Source: Clostridia bacterium (GTDB lineage Bacteria > Bacillota > Clostridia > Oscillospirales > CAG-272). From it: a stretch of DNA of 64,000 nucleotides. The stretch covers positions 5,949-69,948 of the forward strand of contig JAFYOX010000009.1 of the NCBI GenBank assembly GCA_017547755.1, read 5' to 3'. Below, one piece after another: positions 25,376 to 36,650 of this stretch. The notes below the pieces were generated by a model. It was not told where the DNA came from and ran no database searches. It worked only from the letters and a program-made list of their open reading frames with translations. The position numbers were made by a program, and so were the translations under genes. How positions within the stretch are numbered: the first letter of the stretch is position 1; every line of letters starts with the position of its first letter.

Positions 25376-25402
25376 AAAAGGCACGGCAGAGCCGTGCCTT
25401 TT
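25376..25402 (-). terminator. Intrinsic terminator after the anti-sigma gene
   Basis: AAAAGGCACGG-cagag-CCGTGCCTTTT. Confidence 0.8.
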
Positions 25403-25420
25403 GGCAGAGTTACACAGAAA

Positions 25421-26992
25421 TCAGTCATTGAATTCTCTGCCGCTTCGGATAATTTCTCCGGTCACGGCATCGATGTCATAATCGTGTTCATAATTCATGG
25501 ATTCGAAATCGATCTCGTAAACCGCGCGACCGCCCTCATGTTCGAGTTCGCATTCGTAACCGAAGACGTTGGATGCCGCGACACCCGCATGGGAGAGTGC
25601 GATTTCCTTCGCCTTATCCGCGGAGATATATTCGGTGCTTCCGTCGGGTGAAGTGGTGCTGAGACCGTTTTCGATCAGGTTTTCGGGGTCACTCTTCTTG
25701 TTGCTCTTGATGATTTCGCCCGTCACCGCGTCAATGTCGTAATCGTAGTCGTATTCGCCGGATTCAAAATCGATTTCGTATTCGGCACGGCCGTTGTCGT
25801 AGTCAAATTCGCTTTCGAAATCGAAAACCATCGCCGCATCAACGCCCGCGTGTTCGAACGCGATCTTCTTTACGTCTTCAAGAGTCAGGTAATCTTCCGA
25901 GGTTCCCTGTGCCTTCTGAACGAGAGCCTGTTCGTTCTGAAGCCGTTCATTATCCCGGAATTCCTTTACGAGGTTCTGTTCGACCTTGCCGAACCAGGCG
26001 TCATCGTCGTATTCCCGGTCATTCTTCACGATTTCGCCGTTTTCCGCGTTGATGTCGTAATCGTATTCATATGCGTCCGCGTAGAATTCCACTTCATAGA
26101 CCATTACGCCGCGTTCGTAGTCCATTTCCACCTGGATTCCGACAACGTCCGCCGCCGTGAATCCCGCGTGTTCGAGTGCGATTTCCTTTGCACGATTGGA
26201 ACCGATGTACGCCTTGTCGCTCGCCTGACCGACGGATTCCGCCGTGGTCGAGACGGTCGTGCCGGTGCTGAGAAGATTGAGTTCGTTGATGGAGAGCGGC
26301 GCGAGTTCTTCGAACGTATGCGTCGGATTGCCTGCCACGATCTCATTCACGAGCTGTGCCTTGCCGGCCGTAATGCCGTATTCGTCGGCGAGCGTATGAA
26401 CACCGCTGTCCTTCACGACGGTCTGGCTGAGGACCGCACCGTCGAACGCGTTGGTCTGAAGGATCGCGCTGACATCGTCGGCGAGCTTCTTCTGGAGTGC
26501 GGCACCGTGGACGGCGTCTGCGTCTTCCACACTGATGAGGATGGAGTTGGCAAGATCGGTGAGGTAGCCTTCACGGAGCATGGAGCCGATGAGGGCGTTG
26601 ACGGTCACGTCGATGCTGCTGCCGGAGAAATCCATATCGCCGATGATCCGGCGTCCGTCATCGTTGAGCGCGATGACGGTGAGAACGTCTTCCTTCTTGT
26701 TGGCATTGATCTGTACACTGGGGTTGACGTCGAGGGAAATGGTCGACGCTACTTTGTAATTGCTGCTGTATACGGCATAGCCTGCGGTTCCGCCGATCAC
26801 AAGGACGGCAGCGGCTGCGATTGCGGTCAGATTGCGGATCGTATTTTTCATAGTCTTCTGTCCTCCCATGACAAGTATTGTTTTGGTCTGATCGTTCCCG
26901 GATGCGATATCAGAGAGCACGGTATCGAGAACGTCCGGGGCGGCATGTTCGAATGCGGTCTTGATCTTTTTCTGCATGTCTTCGTTTCTCAT
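25421..26992 (-). CDS. Membrane anti-sigma factor with three extracytoplasmic PepSY repeats
   Basis: The start ATG 26992 overlaps the sigma gene stop (ATGA). A TM segment lies at LTAIAAAAVLVIGGTAGYAVY. There are three repeats of the form AKEIALxHAGxxAxxV...YEIDF...YDYDIDAVTGEII. Confidence 0.8.
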   Translation of the reverse strand: MRNEDMQKKIKTAFEHAAPDVLDTVLSDIASGNDQTKTILVMGGQKTMKNTIRNLTAIAAAAVLVIGGTAGYAVYSSNYKVASTISLDVNPSVQINANKKEDVLTVIALNDDGRRIIGDMDFSGSSIDVTVNALIGSMLREGYLTDLANSILISVEDADAVHGAALQKKLADDVSAILQTNAFDGAVLSQTVVKDSGVHTLADEYGITAGKAQLVNEIVAGNPTHTFEELAPLSINELNLLSTGTTVSTTAESVGQASDKAYIGSNRAKEIALEHAGFTAADVVGIQVEMDYERGVMVYEVEFYADAYEYDYDINAENGEIVKNDREYDDDAWFGKVEQNLVKEFRDNERLQNEQALVQKAQGTSEDYLTLEDVKKIAFEHAGVDAAMVFDFESEFDYDNGRAEYEIDFESGEYDYDYDIDAVTGEIIKSNKKSDPENLIENGLSTTSPDGSTEYISADKAKEIALSHAGVAASNVFGYECELEHEGGRAVYEIDFESMNYEHDYDIDAVTGEIIRSGREFND

Positions 26993-27591
26993 TCTTCCCG
27001 TTCTCCTTTCGAAAGTGAAGTTTTCAGCTTTTTCAGTGCGCGGTGGTATTTGGAAAGTACGGTGGGGAGTGCCATATTTAAGAAGGATGCGATTTCCCGG
27101 TGTTTGAATCCGGAAACCACATGGAGCACGACGATCTGCCGTTCCTCGTCGGAGAGTTCGCTCATACATTCGTTCAGGATGAACATGTCCTCCGGGGTCA
27201 GCCGTGAATCTTCGTTGTACTGTGCGTTGATGAAGAAATCTTCGTCTTCGACCTCCGCTTTTTTCTTACGTTCGCGGAGCTTCATGAGACAGAGGTTCTT
27301 CGCGATCGTGATGATCCATGCCATCGGTTTTCCGGACGAGCTGTAGTTTGCCGCCGCGCTGTGCACCGCGAGGTAACAGTCATGCAGCACATCCTCCGCG
27401 TCATGGACATTTTTCAGTACCGAGATCACGTACGCATACACGGAAGTATGCGTTTCATGGTACAGATTTTCGAGTGCTCTGGTATCTCCTGCCGCGATCC
27501 GGCGGATATACGTGTCCAGCGCCGACGGATCAAGTTCTTCGCGAAGTCCGTCGAGTTCCGCCAAGTGAAGAAGAATCACGGTTTCCACCAC
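26989..27591 (-). CDS. ECF-type sigma-70 family RNA polymerase sigma factor
   Basis: Region 2 (DAEDVLHDCYLAV...AWIITIAKN) and region 4 (VLHVVSGFKHREIASFLNMALPTVLSKYHRALKKL) are recognisable. The track start is a GTG; an in-frame GTG at 27579 has better RBS spacing. Confidence 0.85.
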   Translation of the reverse strand: MVETVILLHLAELDGLREELDPSALDTYIRRIAAGDTRALENLYHETHTSVYAYVISVLKNVHDAEDVLHDCYLAVHSAAANYSSSGKPMAWIITIAKNLCLMKLRERKKKAEVEDEDFFINAQYNEDSRLTPEDMFILNECMSELSDEERQIVVLHVVSGFKHREIASFLNMALPTVLSKYHRALKKLKTSLSKGEREE

Positions 27592-27668
27592 CTTTCATCA
27601 TATTAATGCACGACAAAGCTGTTTTATTGCATGGGAGAAAAATTTTTTTATTTTTTTGAAATATTTTT

Positions 27669-27704
27669 TCGGGGAAAACTTTTTTTCAAAAAAGTTTTCC
27701 CCGA
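27669..27704. repeat. GGGGAAAC-family palindrome; likely terminator of the 27720..28772 gene
   Basis: TCGGGGAAAACTTTTTTT/AAAAAAGTTTTCCCCGA. Confidence 0.8.
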
Positions 27705-27719
27705 TGCTCTTCTTCTTTC

Positions 27720-28772
27720 TCAGATAAACGGTCTCCGGTCGAGGACGAGCTTCAGTGGACGTCCGGTGATGATTTCGCCGGGAAGCGCGCGCTGGAGTTC
27801 CGCGAGAACGCAGACGGTGCCGAAGAGGGCGTGCAGGTCGTTCATGCCTTCGTCGGCAGCGGGATCGAGTCCGTTCAGATAGGTCAGATGTTCGTCCGCG
27901 AATTCGCGCAGGCAGCGGCGGATGTCGTCAAACCGATACGCCGTCTGTCGGGATGCACGGTTGATCGCAAACACCCAGTCGATTTCCATAAAGCCGACTT
28001 CATGCGCGAAACGATCCGTCAGTCCGCGGTTGTCCCAGAGATGGATGCACGTGTCGATCAGCTTTTCCGGATACCGGAGCGGACGCTTCGCGTGTTCCAT
28101 ATTGAACATATAGTGGAACCATCCGTACAGGTGATGGCAGACCGGCGCGGCACTTTCAAAAATCTCCCGTTCAAACCGGTTTCCGCGGTCGTCGGCACGG
28201 TGTCCGATCGTTCCCGCCTTGCTCATGCCGTATTCGTCGTCCGTGTGTTCCCACAGCCAATCGAAATACCAGTCCTGCCATTCGAGGTCCGCCGCACCCG
28301 TCAGGAGCATCGCCGCATACACGCCAGCCCCCTGATGGGACTGCGGCCACGGATTTTCCACCCACAGCAGGGAGTCGAGTAAGGCATACAGCCCTTCCTT
28401 CGTCCGGTAGGGTGCCAGAAATTCGCACGGTTTCTCCGACTGCGGGACGGCGTCGAACAGTTCCAGTGCCGCAATGCAGTGCGCGGTCGTGTGGATCGGA
28501 TGGTGCGTCCGTTCGCGGAAACTGCCGTCCGGATGGCGGAGTCCGAGAATGGAGTTCATCAGTTCATCTCTGGCGGGGTCGCCGTACGCCGGAAAACGGC
28601 CGATGGTGTACAGGATATTCGCCGCGTCCGCACAGCCGTATTCGTTGATGCCGAGCTGACGGGAGCCGTTTTTGTCCCACAGCCAGCGGCAGTAACCTCC
28701 GTCCGCAAGGCGATGGCTTTCCACAACGCCGTAAATTTTTCCGACAAGTTCGTCAATGTGGTGGATCTTCAT
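27720..28772 (-). CDS. Hypothetical protein, possibly an alpha/alpha-toroid (prenyltransferase/terpene-cyclase-like repeat) fold
   Basis: The start ATG 28772 lies behind AAGGAGGA, which overlaps the stop of the upstream activase. Repeat-like motifs ADGGYCRW, YGCADAANILYTIG, HPDGSFRE and HTTAHCIAALELF are present. The fold assignment is tentative. Confidence 0.6.
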   Translation of the reverse strand: MKIHHIDELVGKIYGVVESHRLADGGYCRWLWDKNGSRQLGINEYGCADAANILYTIGRFPAYGDPARDELMNSILGLRHPDGSFRERTHHPIHTTAHCIAALELFDAVPQSEKPCEFLAPYRTKEGLYALLDSLLWVENPWPQSHQGAGVYAAMLLTGAADLEWQDWYFDWLWEHTDDEYGMSKAGTIGHRADDRGNRFEREIFESAAPVCHHLYGWFHYMFNMEHAKRPLRYPEKLIDTCIHLWDNRGLTDRFAHEVGFMEIDWVFAINRASRQTAYRFDDIRRCLREFADEHLTYLNGLDPAADEGMNDLHALFGTVCVLAELQRALPGEIITGRPLKLVLDRRPFI

Positions 28773-28786
28773 GGATCTGTCCTCCT

Positions 28787-29617
28787 TTATCTGATCACAG
28801 CATGGCTGAAAAAGTTCAGGATTCGTTCGTCCGCGCGGTATTCGTCCGCGGACAGCGGGTATGTCTTCCCGACCGACGCGTATTTCGCGCCGGCCATGGC
28901 ATTGTACGGCAGAAGTTCCGTCTCCGCATCTCCGACAAATTCCCCGATCGCCGCAAGATTTTCGTCCGTGTCGGTGATGCCCGGGATCAGCGGTACGCGG
29001 ATAATGCACTTTTTGCCGGATTCATCAAGAAGCCAGCGCAGATTCTTTTTGATATTGTCGTTCGGCACGCCGGTGTAACGGATATGATCTTCCCTGTCAG
29101 ACAGTTTCATATCCGCGAACACCAGGGAAACGTGCTCCAGCGTCTTCCGGTATACGTCATGTGCGGCAAACGACGAGGTCTCCATCGCCGTGTGGATCCC
29201 CTCTCCGGCCAAAATTCCGAGCACTTCCCCGACAAATGCGTGCTGCATCAGCGGTTCGCCGCCGGAAAAAGTCACGCCGCCGCCCGACATTTCGTAAACA
29301 TCCCGGTCGCGCAGCAGACGCTTTGCCAGTTCCGCGGACGTCATCACACTGCCGCAGACGGACAGCGCGCCGTTCGGGCAGACGTGCAGACAGCGTCCGT
29401 ACGGCTGACAGTCTTCGTGACTGCACGAAGCCGCACATTTTCCGCAGCGCGTACATTTCCCCTGTTTTACATAAAGTTCCGGTTCGGGAGACAGCCCTTC
29501 CGGATTATGGCACCACAGGCACCGCAGCGGACAGCCTTTCATGAAGACCGTCGTCCGGATGCCGGGGCCGTCGTTCAGCGCAAAGCCTTTGATATCGAAA
29601 ATAGTTCCGTTATACAT
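28787..29617 (-). CDS. Glycyl-radical-enzyme activating protein (radical SAM, PFL-AE family with a ferredoxin-like insert)
   Basis: Contains GPGIRTTVFMKGCPLRCLWCHNPE (CX3CX2C), an extra Cys cluster CTRCGKCAASC...CLHVCPNGAL, and GGVTFSGGEP. The start is placed at the internal ATG 29617. Confidence 0.85.
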   Translation of the reverse strand: MYNGTIFDIKGFALNDGPGIRTTVFMKGCPLRCLWCHNPEGLSPEPELYVKQGKCTRCGKCAASCSHEDCQPYGRCLHVCPNGALSVCGSVMTSAELAKRLLRDRDVYEMSGGGVTFSGGEPLMQHAFVGEVLGILAGEGIHTAMETSSFAAHDVYRKTLEHVSLVFADMKLSDREDHIRYTGVPNDNIKKNLRWLLDESGKKCIIRVPLIPGITDTDENLAAIGEFVGDAETELLPYNAMAGAKYASVGKTYPLSADEYRADERILNFFSHAVIR

Positions 29618-29780
29618 AAATCCCCATCCATTTTTTCTTGATTTCAGTATATACCATCCCGCGCCGTCCGTCAAGTGGTTAAGCGGCAGAAAAATTTCGC
29701 AGAAAGTTTTCCGTCCTCCCACTTGATTTGTCACGCGGCGCACATTATAATATAGGTACAATATCCACGGAGGCTCTGTG

Positions 29781-31013
29781 ATGAAACCTGAATTTCATAC
29801 CAATAACCGATATAAAATGATGAATGCCCTGCCGGACGGTGCGCTCGTCGTTCTTTTCTCCGGCTATGCTCCCCGCAAGCGTGCGGACGAAGATTATCCC
29901 TTCTTCGCCGACCGCAATTTCGTCTATCTCACCGGCATCACCCGCGACGCCGGACTGATCTATATGGCAAAGAAAACCGGCGCTTCCTTTGAGGAGATCC
30001 TCTTCCTCCTGCCGCCGGATATGCTGAAGGAACGCTGGACCGGCCGCCGTACCAAAGCGGACGAAGCGTCCGCCCTTTCCGGCATCACATCCATCGCCTA
30101 CACGGACGATTTTATGCCGAAATTCTCCGCATGGGCGCGTGACTGCTCCGCCGTGTACCTCGACATCGACGGTACCCGCGAAGAACGCGACTTCACCGAA
30201 GCCAACCGCTTCGCCGCAAACGTGCTCGCACACGGGCAGAACGTTGCGAACGTCCGTCCCATCCTCGCCGGACTGCGCACGATCAAGGAACCGTGCGAGA
30301 TCGCCGCGATGCGCGAAGCTGTCCGCATCACGGGAGACGGCATCCGCGCCATGATGCTGGGTGTCCGCGACGGCATGAAGGAATACGAGATCAAGCAGCT
30401 CTACGACGCCGCACTCATCAAAAACGGCTGTCTCGAACCCGGATTCCCGTCGATCATCTCCGCCGGGGACAACAATTTCTGCATCCACTATTACTCCTAC
30501 ACCGGCACCGCGCACGACGGCGATATGGTTCTTGTGGATGTCGGCGCGTGCTATGACAACGTCGGCTGTGACATCTCGCGCGGCTTCCCCGTCAACGGAA
30601 AGTTCACCGACCGTCAGCGTGCTCTGTACGAATGTGCGTACGAAACCAGCGCGCACCTGTTTGATATCATAGGGCCCGGCTATCCGATGGCAGAAGTCGA
30701 CGGCGAAGTCCGCCGGTACTGTGCGCAGAAACTCTGCGACATCGGCGTGCTGAAAAATGTCGATGAAGCAGGCCGCGTCATGTGGCACGGCGGCGCACAC
30801 CACGTCGGCTATGACACCCACGACATCGTGGTCCGTCCGGACGTTGTCGCGCCCGGCATGGTCTTCTGCGTGGACGTCGGCATCTACAACGAAGACTGGG
30901 GCATCGGCTTCCGTCTCGAGGACAACTGCCTCGTCACCGAAACCGGATGCGAAAACCTCGGCGTGAACGTGCCGAGAACGATCGATGAGATCGAAGAAAT
31001 CATGAAGAGATAA
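29781..31013 (+). CDS. Xaa-Pro aminopeptidase (M24B family)
   Basis: A creatinase-like N-terminal domain (FFADRNFVYLTGI) precedes an M24 core with metal ligands (DVGACY, DISR, HHVGY, EDN). ATG 29781 lies 7 nt after ACGGAGG. Confidence 0.85.
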   Translation: MKPEFHTNNRYKMMNALPDGALVVLFSGYAPRKRADEDYPFFADRNFVYLTGITRDAGLIYMAKKTGASFEEILFLLPPDMLKERWTGRRTKADEASALSGITSIAYTDDFMPKFSAWARDCSAVYLDIDGTREERDFTEANRFAANVLAHGQNVANVRPILAGLRTIKEPCEIAAMREAVRITGDGIRAMMLGVRDGMKEYEIKQLYDAALIKNGCLEPGFPSIISAGDNNFCIHYYSYTGTAHDGDMVLVDVGACYDNVGCDISRGFPVNGKFTDRQRALYECAYETSAHLFDIIGPGYPMAEVDGEVRRYCAQKLCDIGVLKNVDEAGRVMWHGGAHHVGYDTHDIVVRPDVVAPGMVFCVDVGIYNEDWGIGFRLEDNCLVTETGCENLGVNVPRTIDEIEEIMKR

Positions 31014-31032
31014 CGCAAGGAGAATAAAACCA

Positions 31033-31554
31033 ATGAAAAAAATCGTATGTACCCTGCTCTGCGCCCTGACCCTCGCGCTCACCGGCTGCGGCAAGGATAT
31101 CCCCGCGCTGAACGAATTCACCGTAGACAATTTCGAAACGCTTGAAACGGAACTGGCCGGCTGTGACCGCGACGACCTCATCAAGGCATGGGGAGAACCC
31201 ACACTTTCTTCGAGCGGTTTCTCCAGCGATATCTGGGATCTGAAAGGCGAACTCGAAACCCTTCTGAACGTCTACTACAACGGCGACGGAAGCTACAACA
31301 GCTCCCTTATTTCCTATATGCTCAAGTACACGGGTACCGTAACGGAGATCGGCGATAAGGTTTCCGAAGAAGCAACCACCTTCAAGGTCACCGTACAGCT
31401 CGACGACGGCTCCTCCGTCGTGATCGACACCGCCGTTGACACCGTCTATACCGGTGCGGAAGCGCTGGAAGTCGGTCAGCGTGCAAACTTCGTCTGCACC
31501 ACCATGACCGGTTCGAATTATGTATGGATCAAGACTGCGGAAATCATCGGCTGA
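31033..31554 (+). CDS. Small lipoprotein, function unknown
   Basis: Lipobox LALTGCG and an AAGGAG RBS. Confidence 0.7.
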   Translation: MKKIVCTLLCALTLALTGCGKDIPALNEFTVDNFETLETELAGCDRDDLIKAWGEPTLSSSGFSSDIWDLKGELETLLNVYYNGDGSYNSSLISYMLKYTGTVTEIGDKVSEEATTFKVTVQLDDGSSVVIDTAVDTVYTGAEALEVGQRANFVCTTMTGSNYVWIKTAEIIG

Positions 31555-31575
31555 ACGAACAAATTTGCATAAAAA

Positions 31576-31600
31576 ATGACAGGACACAAAATCCTGTCAT
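31576..31600. terminator. Bidirectional intrinsic terminator
   Basis: ATGACAGGA-cacaaaa-TCCTGTCAT is flanked by an A run and a T run, between convergent genes. Confidence 0.8.
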
Positions 31601-31617
31601 TTTTCTTTATTTCAACT

Positions 31618-32574
31618 TTACGCCTTCTTCACAGCTGCTGCGTACCAGCCGTTTTCGCGGCGGTCGTCAACGACCTTGTAGCCGTTTGCGGTCAGTGCGT
31701 CGGTGACTTCGTTCGCACGTTCTTCGATGATGCCGGAAACGATGAACACACCGTCATCCGCAAGGTATGCGCCAACGTCCGGTGCGAGACGGATGATGAT
31801 GTCCGCGACAATATTCGCAACGACGACGTTGTAGCCGCCGTCCACCTTTTCCACCTGACGGAGCAGGTCGGAAACCGCGCACTTGACGTTCGGGGTTTCG
31901 TTCAGTTCGGTGTTTTCCACAGCAACGCGGACCGCAACGGGGTCGATGTCACACGCAAAGCAGGAGTCCGCACCTACCTTGGATGCCGCGATCGCAAGAA
32001 TACCGGAGCCGCATCCGACGTCGAGAACGGTGCAGGCGCCCTTGTCCGCCTTGTATTCGGTCGTGTACTTTTCAACGAAGCCCGCGCAGAGACGGGTCGT
32101 TTCGTGCGTACCGGTACCGAACGCCATGCCGGGATCCATCAGAACGATGACTTCGCCTTCTTCGGGCGTATAGTCTTCCCATTCCCATACCGGAACGATG
32201 ACGAGACGGTCGCCGGTCTTGATCGGCTTGTAATACTGCTTCCAGGAATCCGCCCAGTCTTCTTCACGGATGCCTTCGTGAACGATCTCGAACTTCACGC
32301 CGAGCTGTTCGAGACGGTTCTTGATGTAGAGTTCGCTTTCCGCAGGGGATTTCATTTCGGAAATAAATACCGAAACCGCCGCCGCGTTCCGGTCGGCATT
32401 GAGGATGGATTCGTCGATCAGATCGCCGTATACGCCGTCGAGAACGAGGTCAACGTCGGAAAAGTCTTCGATCATCAGACCGTTGTCGACCATTCCCATA
32501 ACGCTCGAAACCGTATCGATGTCCTTTGCGTCGCATTTTACCTTGATCTGTACCCAGCTCTTGTTGTCGTCCAT
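31618..32574 (-). CDS. prmA: Ribosomal protein L11 methyltransferase
   Basis: Contains DPGMAFGTGTHETT and VLDVGCGSGILAI. It sits downstream of dnaJ. Confidence 0.9.
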   Translation of the reverse strand: MDDNKSWVQIKVKCDAKDIDTVSSVMGMVDNGLMIEDFSDVDLVLDGVYGDLIDESILNADRNAAAVSVFISEMKSPAESELYIKNRLEQLGVKFEIVHEGIREEDWADSWKQYYKPIKTGDRLVIVPVWEWEDYTPEEGEVIVLMDPGMAFGTGTHETTRLCAGFVEKYTTEYKADKGACTVLDVGCGSGILAIAASKVGADSCFACDIDPVAVRVAVENTELNETPNVKCAVSDLLRQVEKVDGGYNVVVANIVADIIIRLAPDVGAYLADDGVFIVSGIIEERANEVTDALTANGYKVVDDRRENGWYAAAVKKA

Positions 32575-32588
32575 GCTGCTTCTCCTTG

Positions 32589-33746
32589 TCAGTTGTCTTT
32601 ATTGAAGAATTTCTTCAGGCTCGAGAGGAATTTCGTTCTTTTGTTGTAGTTCGATTCGCCGCAGGATGCCGCGAACTTTTCAAGCAGTGCCTTCTGTTCG
32701 GAATTCAGATTCTTCGGCACTTCCACGACTACGGTGATGTACAGGTTGCCGCGTACCTTGGAGTTGACGCGGGTCACACCCTTGCCGCGGAGCGTGAAGG
32801 TCGTGCCGGTCTGGGTTCCTTCGGGAATTTCGTACTTCTGGTTGCCTTCCAGGGTCGGGATGTCGATTTCCGCACCGAGGGTCGCTTCCGCGTAAGTGAT
32901 CGGAACTTCGCAGTAGAGGTCATCGCCGTCGCGTTCAAAAACGGAATGCGGACGGACGCTGATGATGATGTTGAGGTCGCCGGGCTGACCGCCGTTCATG
33001 CCGTCGCTGCCCTGTGCGCGCAGTGCGATCTGCTGACCGTCGTCGATGCCGGCGGGAATGTTGACTTCCAGTTTCTTCGAAACGCGGACAAATCCCGTTC
33101 CGCGGCACTTGTCACACTTGTTTTCGATGATCTTACCGGTACCGCGGCAGGTTTCGCAGGACTTCATGGTCTGGATCATGCCGAACGGGGAACGCTGCTG
33201 AACACGTACCTGACCGGTACCGCGGCAGGCGTCACAGGTCTTCGGGGTCGTACCCTTTGCCGCGCCGGAGCCTTCACAGTCCGCACACTTCTGGACCTTC
33301 TGGTATGTGATTTCCTTTTTGCAGCCGAATACAGCTTCTTCAAAAGTCAGCGTCAGACGCACGGTGATGTTGTCACCGCGGATCGGACCGTTTCTTCTGG
33401 ACGATCCGCCGCCGCCACCGCCGAAGAAGCTCGAGAAGATATCGCTGATGTCGCCGAAACCGTCGAATCCGCCGAAACCGCCGAATCCGCCGCCGCCCAT
33501 ACCGGAGGACGGATCGAATGCCGCATGACCATACTGGTCATACTTCGCCTTCTTGTCGGGGTCGGAGAGAACGTCATACGCTTCGTTGACTTCCTTGAAT
33601 TTTGCTTCCGCTTCGCTGTCGCCCGGATTCATGTCCGGGTGATACTTCTTCGCCAGCTGACGGTACGCCTTCTTTATTGTATTTTCATCCGATTCCTTGG
33701 TTACACCAAGGACCTCGTAGTAGTCTCTCTTGGTAGAGTCTGCCAT
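32589..33746 (-). CDS. dnaJ: Molecular chaperone DnaJ
   Basis: J domain (DYYEVLGV...HPD), a G/F-rich region and four CxxCxGxG zinc motifs. The start is ATG 33746, behind GGAGGA. Confidence 0.95.
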   Translation of the reverse strand: MADSTKRDYYEVLGVTKESDENTIKKAYRQLAKKYHPDMNPGDSEAEAKFKEVNEAYDVLSDPDKKAKYDQYGHAAFDPSSGMGGGGFGGFGGFDGFGDISDIFSSFFGGGGGGSSRRNGPIRGDNITVRLTLTFEEAVFGCKKEITYQKVQKCADCEGSGAAKGTTPKTCDACRGTGQVRVQQRSPFGMIQTMKSCETCRGTGKIIENKCDKCRGTGFVRVSKKLEVNIPAGIDDGQQIALRAQGSDGMNGGQPGDLNIIISVRPHSVFERDGDDLYCEVPITYAEATLGAEIDIPTLEGNQKYEIPEGTQTGTTFTLRGKGVTRVNSKVRGNLYITVVVEVPKNLNSEQKALLEKFAASCGESNYNKRTKFLSSLKKFFNKDN

Positions 33747-33803
33747 ATATCCTCCAAGCAAGTGAAGAACATACGCTCTGCACTCACCTTGTATCTACAA
33801 TAG

Positions 33804-33881
33804 TATAAAGTTTTTTGGAAATGGGGTTCCGACTTGTGTAGCAAGTCGGGGAAAACCTTTTGTTCACAAAAGGTTTTCCCC
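33804..33881 (+). repeat. GGGGAAAC-family element (flank, extra hairpin, palindrome) inside the dnaK-dnaJ spacer
   Basis: The flank TATAAAGTTTTTTGGAAATGGGGTTC is followed by the hairpin CGACTTG-tgtag-CAAGTCG and then the palindrome GGGGAAAACCTTTTG/CAAAAGGTTTTCCCC. Confidence 0.8.
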
Positions 33882-33899
33882 AAGAACACTTATTTTCAA

Positions 33900-35792
<1,893 letters not shown>

Positions 35793-35912
35793 TTAAATTT
35801 GCGGGTTGGCTTTTTTTAATGCGGGGACGCTTGCGCTTTCAGTGGAGAATACCTCCTTTATTCAGATGAAGCTGAACGGTGGAGCGATCCCCTGTTTGTG
35901 TCCAGAGAATTT

Positions 35913-35991
35913 CGCCGTCTGCGGACGGCGACAAGGGACTCTGTCCCTTGACCCTGCGACCTTTTAAAAAAGGTCGATCAAAACTTTTAAT
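35913..35991. repeat. Three consecutive hairpins plus a family-like flank in the grpE-dnaK spacer
   Basis: CGCCGTC/GACGGCG at 35913-35930, AAGGGAC/GTCCCTT at 35933-35949 and CGACCTTTT/AAAAGGTCG at 35957-35976 are followed by ATCAAAACTTTTAAT. Confidence 0.7.
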
Positions 35992-36014
35992 CTGACAATG
36001 TTGGGTGCGAGGGG

Positions 36015-36629
36015 TTAGTTTGCTACTCTTACCATTGCGTAACGGAGAACCTTTTCACCGTACATATATCCGCACTGAAGTACGTCGGTGATTTCGCCTT
36101 CGCCGTAGCTGTCGTCGTCAACATGCATGACCGCGTTGTGGATTTCCGGATTGAAGGTTTCCCCTGCTTCGCCGAACGCCTTGATGTTCAGCTTTTCCAG
36201 CGTTTCCGGCAGCTTGCCGAGGATCAGCTTTACGCCTTCGACAAACTTTTCCGCGTCGCCGTCCGTGAACTTCGCCGCATACTGCAGATTATCGAGGATC
36301 GGCAGCAGACCGCTCAGCGTATCGGATACCGCTTCACCGTATACGGTTTCGCGTTCCTTTGCAGAACGTCTGCGGAAATTATCATATTCCGCCGCGGTAC
36401 GGAGGTACTTGTCATTCAGCTCATCCGCGCGCTTCTTTTCGGCTTCGAGCTTCTTTTCCAGTTCCGCAAGTTCATTCTTCAGCTTCTTATCGGACTTTTT
36501 GTCCGCCTTTTCTTCCTTTACGGTTTCCGCGGTTTCTTCCGCTTCCGCCGCAGGTTCCGCTTCGATGGGATCGTCTTCCTCAATGTAAGGCGGATTCCGC
36601 TTCGGATCCTGATTCATCATTTCTGCCAT
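36015..36629 (-). CDS. grpE: Nucleotide exchange factor GrpE
   Basis: An acidic/coiled-coil N-terminus is followed by a GrpE C-terminal domain (FNPEIHNAVMHV). The ATG at 36629 behind GGAG is preferred over the TTG at 36641. Confidence 0.9.
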   Translation of the reverse strand: MAEMMNQDPKRNPPYIEEDDPIEAEPAAEAEETAETVKEEKADKKSDKKLKNELAELEKKLEAEKKRADELNDKYLRTAAEYDNFRRRSAKERETVYGEAVSDTLSGLLPILDNLQYAAKFTDGDAEKFVEGVKLILGKLPETLEKLNIKAFGEAGETFNPEIHNAVMHVDDDSYGEGEITDVLQCGYMYGEKVLRYAMVRVAN

Positions 36630-36650
36630 TTCTATCTCCAAATTTTATTT

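Noticed and set aside
28787-29617. The activase as the missing NrdG for the nearby nrdD.
   Set aside because: This is not excluded, but the protein is of the long PFL-AE type with a ferredoxin-like insert. It is separated from nrdD by a sigma/anti-sigma operon and is translationally coupled to a different gene. It is therefore reported as an open question rather than annotated as nrdG.
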